A DNA stretch of 20,000 nucleotides, taken from IMG/VR virus record IMGVR_UViG_3300043313_000272; one strand, written 5' to 3'. Position numbers and translations under genes: made by a program. Below, piece after piece: positions 7,150-15,079 of this stretch (positions within the stretch are counted from its first letter, which is position 1; every line of letters begins with the position of its first letter). Below the pieces are notes generated by a model, which did no database searches, was not told the DNA's origin, and was given only the letters and a program-made list of their open reading frames with translations. Source of the DNA: an uncultured virus (IMG/VR IMGVR_UViG_3300043313_000272). Lineage: Duplodnaviria > Heunggongvirae > Uroviricota > Caudoviricetes.

Positions 7150-7995
7150 CTAGCTGGGATCAGCTGGCTCCACCCGATCGCCGGTGGACACAGTGCCTCC
7201 GGAGGTCGCGTTGCCGTTGTACAGGCCACGCCCGATGAAGGGCTCGCCCGGTGCCGGTGCACCCGGATCGGAGACCTTGAAGGTGAAGACGAACGCCCCA
7301 CCTGCACCAGTGGAGATCTCGCCCACGTCGCCGTAGGCAGAGCCGACCACGTCGGTGCGGGTCTGGATGTGAGCGTTCCGACCCTCATAGCCGACGTACT
7401 TGCCGGTGCTCCAGTTGGCGCGCACGAGCTTGCCGCTGGCCTTCACCGTGTCGACGTACGGCTCAGGTGAGAAGTTCACCCGGTCCGCGCTGGAGCCGCT
7501 CTTGAACTCGGTACGCCGCAGCAGCACCAGGTCGCCGACGTCGTCCGTGTCGACCTCCCAGCCGGTGCCTGTGGCCGACTCTGCGTCGTTGATGCGGACC
7601 CGGACGTTCTTCTCATCGCCGGCCACCGAGTTGCTACCCGGCTTCTCGACGTAGATCACGTCACTGTCCTCACCAGCAGCCGCCTCGCCGGCGGTGAAGG
7701 TGCCCTCGGCGGAGACGTAGCCGCCGGCGCTGAACACCTGCCAGCGATCGCCAGCCTCCACGTTGCAGACTGCCGGGGCCTTGATGGTCAGGGTGCGCTT
7801 GGCATCCGACACCCCGATGACCGCCTCGTGGTCGGCAGTGTTGATGTAGCGGGCCGGGCTGGACAGCTTCCAGGAAACCGCGGCTTCACAGGCCGCGGCG
7901 TCGATCGGCGCCGCTTGGGCGGGCAGCGCGGACAGCGCGAACCCTGCGGTCAGAGCTAGCCCGGAGGCCACCCCCAATGCTCTCTTGATGGTCAT
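7150..7995 (-). CDS. secreted beta-rich protein, similar to Streptomyces DUF5707/calcium-binding surface proteins
   Basis: Signal peptide ending AQA; NFSPEP...GKLVRANWSTGKYVGY motif; RBS AAAGGA. Confidence 0.65.
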   Translation of the reverse strand: MTIKRALGVASGLALTAGFALSALPAQAAPIDAAACEAAVSWKLSSPARYINTADHEAVIGVSDAKRTLTIKAPAVCNVEAGDRWQVFSAGGYVSAEGTFTAGEAAAGEDSDVIYVEKPGSNSVAGDEKNVRVRINDAESATGTGWEVDTDDVGDLVLLRRTEFKSGSSADRVNFSPEPYVDTVKASGKLVRANWSTGKYVGYEGRNAHIQTRTDVVGSAYGDVGEISTGAGGAFVFTFKVSDPGAPAPGEPFIGRGLYNGNATSGGTVSTGDRVEPADPS

Positions 7996-8054
7996 GCAGT
8001 GAATCCTTTCGTTGATGTTGCCTTGCTGACGTTACAGAACGGGTGGGTCGTTGA

Positions 8055-8090
8055 CCTCCTTTGCCAGGTGATGTTGCGCGGGTAAACCTA
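8055..8090 (-). promoter_or_regulatory. partial cassette: TAGGTTT plus box CACCTGGCAAAGGAGG, without TTGACA or an adjacent start codon
   Basis: AACCTA at 8085-8090 on plus; box at 8055-8070. Confidence 0.65.
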
Positions 8091-8360
8091 GCAGCGCGGT
8101 TCCCGCTTGGCTTCAGGCTCCGCGGCTCGCGGCGTGTCGAACATGCCCTCCAGCAGGCCGCGGGTGTGCTTCGGCATGCAGTCGTGTACGAAGCGGGCGC
8201 CCTTCACCTCGCCGGGCATGGTGACCTTCACCTTGTCGTCGGTGTCGTCGAGGTGCCAGCCGCCGGTGTCCAGCTCAACCGCCAGATCGGCTGTGACGTC
8301 TCGCTTGCAGGCCGGGCATTTGGCGATCGGCTCAGCTCGGGTCACTCGTACCAATGTCAC
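8088..8360 (-). CDS. hypothetical protein with CPAC...HDC motif
   Basis: GTGA-coupled; RBS GAGGAGGTGA. Confidence 0.7.
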   Translation of the reverse strand: MTLVRVTRAEPIAKCPACKRDVTADLAVELDTGGWHLDDTDDKVKVTMPGEVKGARFVHDCMPKHTRGLLEGMFDTPRAAEPEAKREPRC

Positions 8361-8545
8361 GTCTTCACCTCCTCTCCCAAGTCCATGCTCATCACAACCC
8401 CGGTGTTGCTGACGGTGAAGCGGAGCCGCCGACACTCACCGAGCAGTTGCAGCGGCGACACCTCGACGGTCAGCTCGCCGGCAGGGACCTTCTGCATCAG
8501 GTAGCGCAGCTGCTCCGCATCCCGTTCGCTGAGCACATACTTCAC
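8357..8545 (-). CDS. hypothetical protein
   Basis: RBS GGAGG/GGGA before GTG. Confidence 0.7.
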   Translation of the reverse strand: MKYVLSERDAEQLRYLMQKVPAGELTVEVSPLQLLGECRRLRFTVSNTGVVMSMDLGEEVKT

Positions 8546-8556
8546 TCCCGCACCTC

Positions 8557-9621
8557 CTATGTTTCGCAGACGACGCCGTCGCCGTCTCGGTCGCGGTACC
8601 AGTCGTACTCGGGGTCCCGGCCCTTCTTGTACGGGCCGTAGCCGTTCGCGTTGGCCTCATAGCAGTAGTCGAAGCGCGGGTCCGTCCGGCGGTGCGCCCG
8701 GGGCGGCACATAGCCAGGGCAGCCCTTCGTCTTCCAGTTGCTCTCGACACAGCGGGGCCGCTTCTGCACCTTCGGTTCACCGATCGGCTTCGGCTTCGGC
8801 CAATTGAACGCGGTCGCCTTGTCGGGTGACCAGGACTGGCCGTCACAGTCGTCGGTGTCGAGGATCGTCAGGAGCATGGTGCGCTCCTTGCTCGTCACCG
8901 GGATGTCGTACCGGTGTTTGATGTGAGCCACACGGGCCGCGAAGAAGCAGGCGTCCTGCTTGTCGTCCGGGCGCCAGCGGTCGATCGTCTTGTCGGACTT
9001 CCCCTGGTTCGTCGCAGAGTCAACCGCCTCCAGGTTCTCCGGGTCGTTGGCGAACTTCTCACGGTTGGCCTGGGTCTCGTCGTCCATCACCTGCCAGGCG
9101 TTGTGGAGCGACACGACGTGGTCGATCTCCACCTTCCCGTCGCCACGCTCATAGGTGAACGTGTGCGGGCTGGCGTAGCTGTACTCGTCGTCCCGGATCT
9201 TCGCCTTCGCCATCACGCAGCCGTGAGTGCCGGGCTTGGTGTGCCTTTTCACCGAGTCGCGGCGCAGCACATCATTGCGGGTGTCGCAGCCGTTGTGATC
9301 GACGTCCTTCCAGGCTTGGCCGTACGCCGACCTCTTGTAGCCCGTGATGCGGGAGTCGTCGACGTCGAGCGCCAGCGCGATCCCGAACGCTGATTTGGGG
9401 TCAACCGTTTGGCTCGGCGTGGCCGATGCCTGCGCCTTCGACGGGGTAGAGCTAGGCGCCGGCGCTGAGGTCGAGCGCGCCTTGTCGGCGGCATCCGATC
9501 CGCGCCAGAAGTCGCCGGTTGCCATGGACAGGTTGGTGCTGAGCATCGAGAAGCCCAACACCACCCCGATGATGATCACTACTTTGTGGCGGCTCAACGG
9601 CCCCCGAGGTTTCTTGCTCAC
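8557..9621 (-). CDS. exported DUF1524/HNH-type nuclease with C-terminal Excalibur Ca-binding domain
   Basis: N-terminal TM and Ser/Pro linker; DVDHNGCDTRNDVLRRD, IDHVVSLHNAW, FANDPENLEAVD..NQGKSDK...WRP; C-terminal FDYCYEANANGYGPY...YRDRDGDGVVCE; GTG start after box. Confidence 0.85.
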   Translation of the reverse strand: MSKKPRGPLSRHKVVIIIGVVLGFSMLSTNLSMATGDFWRGSDAADKARSTSAPAPSSTPSKAQASATPSQTVDPKSAFGIALALDVDDSRITGYKRSAYGQAWKDVDHNGCDTRNDVLRRDSVKRHTKPGTHGCVMAKAKIRDDEYSYASPHTFTYERGDGKVEIDHVVSLHNAWQVMDDETQANREKFANDPENLEAVDSATNQGKSDKTIDRWRPDDKQDACFFAARVAHIKHRYDIPVTSKERTMLLTILDTDDCDGQSWSPDKATAFNWPKPKPIGEPKVQKRPRCVESNWKTKGCPGYVPPRAHRRTDPRFDYCYEANANGYGPYKKGRDPEYDWYRDRDGDGVVCET

Positions 9622-9624
9622 TAG

Positions 9625-9642
9625 ATCTCCTTTGCCAGGTGT
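9625..9642 (-). promoter_or_regulatory. start-associated box ACACCTGGCAAAGGAGA (box-only copy)
   Basis: Motif match directly upstream of the GTG at 9621. Confidence 0.75.
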
Positions 9643-9674
9643 TTGTTTCATGAATCATGAACCTTGAAACTAAG

Positions 9675-9926
9675 TTACCGAGATTCCACCCCCGGGTCGT
9701 CGAATTCGGAGCGGATGCCGTATCCGCTCCGATACCGAGGCCACAGTGACATCGGGACAGGTCGGCGGTGCTCGTCCAGGATCAGCCAGCTGTACCGCCT
9801 CTTCACGACCACACCGTTGGCCTGCGGCTCGTCGACGTCCACGGTCCGGCGCTCCAGCTCCTCCTCGATTGTGTCCAGGCTGGCGTCGTCCGGAACGTCG
9901 AACTCGAACGTGACCTGGATCCTCAC
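9675..9926 (-). CDS. hypothetical protein (MRIQVTFEFDVPDD...)
   Basis: GTGA-coupled to the 9923-10018 gene. Confidence 0.7.
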   Translation of the reverse strand: MRIQVTFEFDVPDDASLDTIEEELERRTVDVDEPQANGVVVKRRYSWLILDEHRRPVPMSLWPRYRSGYGIRSEFDDPGVESR

Positions 9927-10018
9927 GAGTTCTTCCTGACCTCGCGGGCTACGAAGATGAGCATCGGCAGCACCACGAACAGCAAACCGCCAACGACTAC
10001 GAACCATTGCCAAGCCAT
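9923..10018 (-). CDS. 31-aa single-TM peptide (MAWQWFVVVGGLLFVVLPMLIFVAREVRKNS)
   Basis: Manually translated; first ATG after cassette 3. Confidence 0.7.
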   Translation of the reverse strand: MAWQWFVVVGGLLFVVLPMLIFVAREVRKNS

Positions 10019-10022
10019 TGTT

Positions 10023-10091
10023 TCCCCTTGCCAGGTGGAGTTTCTGTTTACGAGATCAAACCTACAGCACCTACCCCGCTTGTCAAGAGTT
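10023..10091 (-). promoter_or_regulatory. promoter cassette 3: TTGACA (10081-10086), 16 bp, TAGGTT (10059-10064), box TCCACCTGGCAAGGGGA
   Basis: Repeat of the cassette consensus. Confidence 0.85.
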
Positions 10092-10386
10092 CAGCTGTCG
10101 ATGATGGCCAGCAGCTCCTTCAGCCACTGGCAGTCCTGGCAAATGTCGTCCGGGTGGAGGTGGCAGTGCTTGTGATAGGCCGGGTGCGCCGAGCCGTGCT
10201 TCGCGGCGTGCTCGATCAGTCGACGTCGTAGCCGGTCGAGCGCAGCAGCCTCAAAGCCTGGTCCCGGTTGCGTTGACAGCACCGGCGATGAGTCCAGATC
10301 CACCGCGGACAGTCGTGCACCATGCAGTACTTCAGGATGTCGTGTTGGGTCAGCCAGATCGCGACCGTGCTCAGCAACCACCTCAC
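10091..10386 (-). CDS. Cys/His-rich hypothetical protein(s), frame ambiguous (10216-10386 and/or 10091-10381)
   Basis: Two overlapping open frames; one is GTGA-coupled upstream, the other ends at the next promoter. Confidence 0.45.
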
Positions 10387-11021
10387 GTCGTGCCGTTGAC
10401 GCAGGTGGCGTGCACGGTCATCGTCGAATCCCCCACGCTGTCGCCTTCGTTCTCGTGGAAGTTCTCCGACGGCGTCGGGATTCCCCAACGGTTGGCCGCG
10501 GTCGGTATCCCACTGGTGTTGACAGGGTTGGAGGGGCCGGCGGGTCGGCTGTCGATGGTTCCCCATCCGTAGATGACGACCTTGCCGGTCGGGCAGGTCA
10601 CCGACGTCACCTGGTCGGGCCACTTGTACATCGGGCAGGGGTAGCAGCTCGCGTCGCGCTCCCCTCCGGTGGCGTACTGCACCGACTGCACCGTGTGGGT
10701 GACGAACTCGTAGCCAGACACGCCGCCAGGAGCACCGTCGGCACCGTCTTTCCCGTCAGCACCGTCTTCACCGGCGGCGCCTCGTGGCCCTTCGCGACCA
10801 GACACATCCCAGCTGACCCGGGTCTCACCGGAGGCGCATGGCTGGTCGTGGTCGACGAACCGGGCCTTGCCGTCGGACGGCTTGTAGCAGGCGGAGAGCT
10901 TGCCGTCTGGCCCTGGGATGGAGGCGTCAGCGTCAACCACCGTGAGCGCGAGTATGAGCAGTCCGAGGAGGAGGAGGCCGGCCAGCACCGTCGCCAGCCG
11001 ACCCCGCATCCAGGACGCCAT
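10383..11021 (-). CDS. exported collagen-like (Gly-X-Y) protein
   Basis: Signal/TM segment; GREGPRGAAGEDGADGKDGADGAPG; Cys-containing flanking domains (CPTGKVVIYG). Confidence 0.8.
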   Translation of the reverse strand: MASWMRGRLATVLAGLLLLGLLILALTVVDADASIPGPDGKLSACYKPSDGKARFVDHDQPCASGETRVSWDVSGREGPRGAAGEDGADGKDGADGAPGGVSGYEFVTHTVQSVQYATGGERDASCYPCPMYKWPDQVTSVTCPTGKVVIYGWGTIDSRPAGPSNPVNTSGIPTAANRWGIPTPSENFHENEGDSVGDSTMTVHATCVNGTT

Positions 11022-11821
11022 CAGTGGCTGTCTACCCAGGTCTGGGCGGCATCCGGGGTGTTGGCGTACAGGTAGTCCACCCCGCGATCCTCGGCGGTCT
11101 GGTAGTTCGCTGAGCCGTCGAAGTCGTAGGTGGCCACATCCTTCCCAGCAGCCGTGTACGCCGCTGCGGTGGTGGCGTCGAGCGTGGCGCCGGACTGGAC
11201 GAACACGTCGATGTAGGCCGCTTCGCTGGCCGGGTTCATGTCGCAGTTGCAGGCCAGCCCGATCAGCGGGAAGCCCTCGCCGTCAGCTTCGGCCAACGTG
11301 GCGCGGTCGAAGCCGTTCCACAGGACCTGACTCTTCGACACCCCAGCATCGGAGAGCGCGGTGTTGACCGCTGCCCATTGGGTGGAGGTCGGGTTCACCT
11401 TCGACTCCAGCGACACCCGGGCGTTCGGGCCGGCTGCCTTCACCGAGAGCATGAACTGGAACAGCGTCTGCCCCTGCTGCTTGTTATCGGCCAGACAGCT
11501 GAGCGCGGTCGGGGTGCTCACCGAGGAGATGGCCTGGGTGCAATTGAACAGGGCCAGGGTCGAGTCGTGGAGGATGTACGGCACCCCGGTGGAGGTGAAC
11601 CGGATGTCGCCGTCCAGGAACGTGTGGCCGTGCGCCACCGACCTGATGCACTGGAGCGCGGTGTTCTCGACATAGCTGGAGCCGTCGACGTTGCACCGGT
11701 GTGAGATGACCGTCATCGGCTGATCGGTCGCCTGTGCGGATTGGATGTTGCCGCCCACCATGATGGCGGCTGCTGCGGCTGCTCCGACTGCTGCGAACGC
11801 GCGGCGAAGAATTCTGTGCAT
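11021..11821 (-). CDS. secreted glycerophosphodiester phosphodiesterase (GDPD)-family protein
   Basis: ISHR...ENT...LDGDIRFTSTGVPYILHDSTL...LESK matches HRG/ENT/ExDV..TxDG..HD/EIK; signal peptide with RR and AQA. Confidence 0.8.
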   Translation of the reverse strand: MHRILRRAFAAVGAAAAAAIMVGGNIQSAQATDQPMTVISHRCNVDGSSYVENTALQCIRSVAHGHTFLDGDIRFTSTGVPYILHDSTLALFNCTQAISSVSTPTALSCLADNKQQGQTLFQFMLSVKAAGPNARVSLESKVNPTSTQWAAVNTALSDAGVSKSQVLWNGFDRATLAEADGEGFPLIGLACNCDMNPASEAAYIDVFVQSGATLDATTAAAYTAAGKDVATYDFDGSANYQTAEDRGVDYLYANTPDAAQTWVDSH

Positions 11822-11856
11822 TCCCCCGAGACCCTTCCGTTATGAGTTGTGGCCTG

Positions 11857-11886
11857 AGCCTCCACCGTCCCGGGGGGACTGTCAAG
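11857..11886 (-). promoter_or_regulatory. possible weaker promoter TTGACA-17-GAGGCT for the GDPD gene
   Basis: TGTCAA at 11880-11885 in a short intergenic gap; -10 is imperfect. Confidence 0.35.
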
Positions 11887-12804
11887 CTAGACGCACGCCC
11901 GAGTGTCGGCGAACCTGTCACCCTTCGGGGTCACGTACCGGTAGTCGTAGCTCGTCGCGTGCAGATCGAACCGGAGCACCGCCGAGACGTCGTTGAATCG
12001 CTTGGTCCCGTCGATCCTGCTGTCGAAGGCTCGCAGCGTGTGATGGTTCTTCCCGCCACCGCCGGACTCGAACTCCTTGATCCCGTTGCTGGCCCGTACG
12101 CCGCTCGGGGTGAGCTTCTCCCAGATCGCTGAGACGTGGCCGTGTCCATTCACGATCACATCGGCACGGGCGGCGTACAGGGCATCCCATAAAGGGCGGA
12201 CAGCAGCGTCCCCGGAGTGTTCGACGGAGCTGGCGTACAGCGGGTGATGCCACACCGCCATGACGCACTTGTGAGGGTCGGCGGCCTGATCGCGGCGGAG
12301 ATAGTCGGCCTGCGCGGCACACGACACGATCGTGCAATTGGAATCCAGAATGTAGATCTTCCACGCACCACGCTCGAACCCGCCGTACAGCTTCTGGGTG
12401 GAGCTCTTGCCCCAGTAGTCGCGGAAACCCTGAGCGTTGGCCGTCCGGTACTCATGGTTCCCGACAGCCGGCTTGGTGATGCTCTTGAACCGGCCCCACG
12501 TCTTGTCGTACGCCTGCTGGAACTCGGGCAGCGAGCCGTTCTCGTACTGGAGGTCACCAGCTGCGACCACGGTCGTCGGATGCTGCGCTTCCACCAGGTC
12601 GGCGGTCACATCGTCCTCGCAGATGTCCACCGTGTTGCTGGGTGAGCAGGCGATGTCGCCGGCAACCACCAGCACCGGGTCTGTCGTCAGCTTTTGCGCT
12701 TGCGCCGGGTGGTGGGTGCAGGCGGTGGCGGCAATAAGTAGGGCGGCAATTCCGGCGACTGCGGCGGGTCGCCACCGTCGTCCTCTCTTGGGTACAGCCG
12801 CCAC
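11887..12804 (-). CDS. exported calcineurin-like metallophosphoesterase (acid/alkaline phosphatase-like)
   Basis: AGDIAC, AGDLQYENG, GNHEY, WHHP and NGHGH motifs; signal or lipoprotein-like N-terminus; start uncertain. Confidence 0.85.
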   Translation of the reverse strand: MAAVPKRGRRWRPAAVAGIAALLIAATACTHHPAQAQKLTTDPVLVVAGDIACSPSNTVDICEDDVTADLVEAQHPTTVVAAGDLQYENGSLPEFQQAYDKTWGRFKSITKPAVGNHEYRTANAQGFRDYWGKSSTQKLYGGFERGAWKIYILDSNCTIVSCAAQADYLRRDQAADPHKCVMAVWHHPLYASSVEHSGDAAVRPLWDALYAARADVIVNGHGHVSAIWEKLTPSGVRASNGIKEFESGGGGKNHHTLRAFDSRIDGTKRFNDVSAVLRFDLHATSYDYRYVTPKGDRFADTRACV

Positions 12805-12890
12805 AGCACGCCGATGATGACGCCGAACAGTAGCAGGAGGATGAACACCCATCCAGCTCCCCCGAAGATGGTCCACAGAAACTCCTTCAC
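12687..12890 (-). CDS. small membrane protein with Pro-rich tail
   Basis: GTGA-coupled; TM segment WVFILLLLFGVIIGVLW. Confidence 0.6.
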   Translation of the reverse strand: MKEFLWTIFGGAGWVFILLLLFGVIIGVLWRLYPREDDGGDPPQSPELPPYLLPPPPAPTTRRKRKS

Positions 12891-13159
12891 TCGATCACAT
12901 CCGCCGTCATCGTCGGCAACGGCTCCGGTCCTACGTACTGCTTGCAGGTGCATCGGGACGGGGCCCGCACACCGTTGATCCACCTGACCCACTCATGATG
13001 GCAGCCCTTGCCGTCGTGGAATGAGAAGTGGTGGGTGCAGCCACAGATCGCCGCCGGTCCGGGCTCGATCTGTGGCTGCGCTTTGCGGCGCATGGCGAGC
13101 GAGCGCACGATCCAGCCGATCAGCATGCCCAGCAGCAGGATCGCAGCTCCCTCAATCAC
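12887..13159 (-). CDS. TM-anchored Cys/His-rich protein
   Basis: TM segment then CGCTHH..H...CH...CTCKQYVGPEP. Confidence 0.75.
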   Translation of the reverse strand: MIEGAAILLLGMLIGWIVRSLAMRRKAQPQIEPGPAAICGCTHHFSFHDGKGCHHEWVRWINGVRAPSRCTCKQYVGPEPLPTMTADVIE

Positions 13160-13272
13160 TTCTTGCCGCCGATCTTCGTGTTGACGCTCTTGACCGCCTT
13201 GTCCATCCGCGCGCTGACCTTCGCGCTGTTCTTGCCCACGCGGGAGAGGCTGCTGCCCTTGTCTTTACCCAT
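13156..13272 (-). CDS. 38-aa Lys-rich peptide (MGKDKGSSLSRVGKNSAK...)
   Basis: RBS GGGGAGGTGA; GTGA-coupled downstream; manually translated. Confidence 0.65.
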   Translation of the reverse strand: MGKDKGSSLSRVGKNSAKVSARMDKAVKSVNTKIGGKK

Positions 13273-13492
13273 CTCGATCACCTCCCCTCGGGGGTGTGAT
13301 GACCTCGAACGGTTCGAACCCGGACAGGTCGTCCCACGGGTCCGGGTACGGCTCGCCGATCACGATGATCATCGGCTCCTCAACCCGATGCTCGCCGACA
13401 TACTCCGATCGGAACATCGGGGCTCGGGCACGCATCGCCGCCACCGCATCCTCCAGGCTGTCGACGAAGTCCTCATAGGGGTGATCGGACAC
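13265..13492 (-). CDS. hypothetical protein
   Basis: RBS GGAAGG before GTG. Confidence 0.65.
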   Translation of the reverse strand: MSDHPYEDFVDSLEDAVAAMRARAPMFRSEYVGEHRVEEPMIIVIGEPYPDPWDDLSGFEPFEVITPPRGGDRDG

Positions 13493-13676
13493 GTGCCTTC
13501 CTCTCCTGTACGTGGCGGCTGGCGGCGTGCACCACGGTCCCCAGGTTGACGGTCTTCTCGTAATCCGGACCGTTGCTGACGTGTGCGGCGACGGTGTTGC
13601 AGTCCTCGTCGTGCAAGGCCACAGCCACGCCGCCGACCACCTCCTGCACGTGCACGTGGTATTGACTCCAGCTCAT
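13473..13676 (-). CDS. hypothetical protein
   Basis: ATGA-coupled; RBS GAGGAGG. Confidence 0.65.
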   Translation of the reverse strand: MSWSQYHVHVQEVVGGVAVALHDEDCNTVAAHVSNGPDYEKTVNLGTVVHAASRHVQERKARVRSPL

Positions 13677-13969
13677 GTGTCCTCCTCGTCGTCGAGAACG
13701 ATGTTGACCTTCACCCGGGACGGATCCGCTACGTCGAGGGCAAGCGCGATCACATCCTTGGCGTAGCTCTCAACCTGGTCGAACCGTTCCGCCTGCGTAG
13801 TGATGTCCAGCTCGGGCACGTCGATCACCCACCACTTCATGTCCCGGCCCACATCGACCCGGTACACCTTGCCGGGCGGCATCCGCTCCTCCAGGTGCGC
13901 CAGCTTCATGTCGTCGGGCAGCAGCCTCAGGATCAGCCACATCCGCAGCTGGTTCAGCAGCTCTCTCAT
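13673..13969 (-). CDS. HicB-like antitoxin-domain protein
   Basis: YRVDVGRDMKWWVIDVPELDITTQAERFDQVESYAKDVIALALDV matches the actinobacterial HicB pattern. Confidence 0.7.
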   Translation of the reverse strand: MRELLNQLRMWLILRLLPDDMKLAHLEERMPPGKVYRVDVGRDMKWWVIDVPELDITTQAERFDQVESYAKDVIALALDVADPSRVKVNIVLDDEEDT

Positions 13970-14517
13970 GTTCCGTCGCCCTCCCATTGGTTCTCGGTTT
14001 CCTGGAGCGCGTCCGGCTGCATCACAATCCTGAGCACCCCTTCCTTGCGGTCAATGTCTCCGACGAACGTGATCCGGTTCAGACCCTGCACCTGGGCGGC
14101 GGACTCGAAGACGAACGTGCCGTAGCCCAACCAACGACCCACCACCGTCTTCTCCACCGTGATGTCGAGGATCCTCATCAGCGGCACCGATGCCCGCTTA
14201 GTGGCGAGCACGCCGTACACCCGGAAGATGCGCTGGTTGGTGATCACAAACCGGTCGCGATACTCAGCCAGCCACCGCCAGATCGCCTCGAACATGCAGA
14301 TGGATCCGAGGATCATGCACGGCCAGAACAGCCAGCTGCCCCAGTCGGTGGCTTGCAGCGCGAGCCCGGACACGATGACCATCACACCTGACAGGACACG
14401 CACCGCGGGCCAGGCGATCGCCGGCCAATGCTTATGCACCTCCAGCACCTTCGTTTCGCCGGCGGCTTCGAGGATCTGCTTGTCGACGTGCGGATCCAAC
14501 CAGCCGAACCCTCTCAC
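13966..14517 (-). CDS. membrane protein with bacterial PH domain (bPH_2/YdbS-like)
   Basis: Two TM segments then FVITNQRI...GVL....SVPL.RILDITV.KT..GRWLGYGT..FESA. Confidence 0.85.
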   Translation of the reverse strand: MRGFGWLDPHVDKQILEAAGETKVLEVHKHWPAIAWPAVRVLSGVMVIVSGLALQATDWGSWLFWPCMILGSICMFEAIWRWLAEYRDRFVITNQRIFRVYGVLATKRASVPLMRILDITVEKTVVGRWLGYGTFVFESAAQVQGLNRITFVGDIDRKEGVLRIVMQPDALQETENQWEGDGT

Positions 14518-14663
14518 GACAGCCGGCCCTCAATCACGAGCACCAGCACGGTGAGGACCAGGAAGTAGGTGGCTGGGTCGAAGCTGCCGAAAACCAGGGA
14601 TCCGATCGACAGCAGCAGGAACACCACCGAGAGCACCCGGGCCACCATGCATGCGAAGCTCAC
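14514..14663 (-). CDS. 49-aa two-TM membrane peptide (MSFACMVARVLSVVFLLLSIG...)
   Basis: Manually translated; GTGA overlaps at both ends. Confidence 0.7.
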   Translation of the reverse strand: MSFACMVARVLSVVFLLLSIGSLVFGSFDPATYFLVLTVLVLVIEGRLS

Positions 14664-15079
14664 GGGAAGCGGCTTTTAAGTGCGGCGATCGCGTCGAGGA
14701 AGTCCGAGTCCATGCCGCGCAGATCATCCATCATCGAGCCGCATCGGTCCATCACCTCGGCCCACGCCTCGCGGGACAGCTGCCACTGATCCCGTTTCTT
14801 GTACACCTCGTCGATCGGCAGCGTGGTCACCCAGTCGATGACCGCAGCATGGGCGATCACCGTCAGGTAGGCGTCGAGCCGCTCATCGTCGGACGGCTCG
14901 CGGTAGGACCATTCCAGGTGCTCGGGGTTGACCGCCTCAGCTGTGCCGAGCGCCTTGAACCGGACGAACACGTAGGTGTCGTTCGCCGAGCTGATCCTGC
15001 CGTCCTGCTTGCCGCGGATCAGGTCTTTGTATACGACGGCGCGGCCAGGGAACAGGCGGGCATCCTTCAAGGTGATCAT
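14660..15079 (-). CDS. hypothetical protein (SH3-like N-terminus)
   Basis: ATGA-coupled; GRAVVY...GRISSANDTYVFVRF. Confidence 0.75.
   Translation of the reverse strand: MITLKDARLFPGRAVVYKDLIRGKQDGRISSANDTYVFVRFKALGTAEAVNPEHLEWSYREPSDDERLDAYLTVIAHAAVIDWVTTLPIDEVYKKRDQWQLSREAWAEVMDRCGSMMDDLRGMDSDFLDAIAALKSRFP

Noticed and set aside
10135..10143. CCTGGCAAA on the plus strand (reverse-orientation box), and near-match ATGCCAGGTG around 4758
   Set aside because: Both lie inside coding sequence with no associated SD or start and are compatible with chance.
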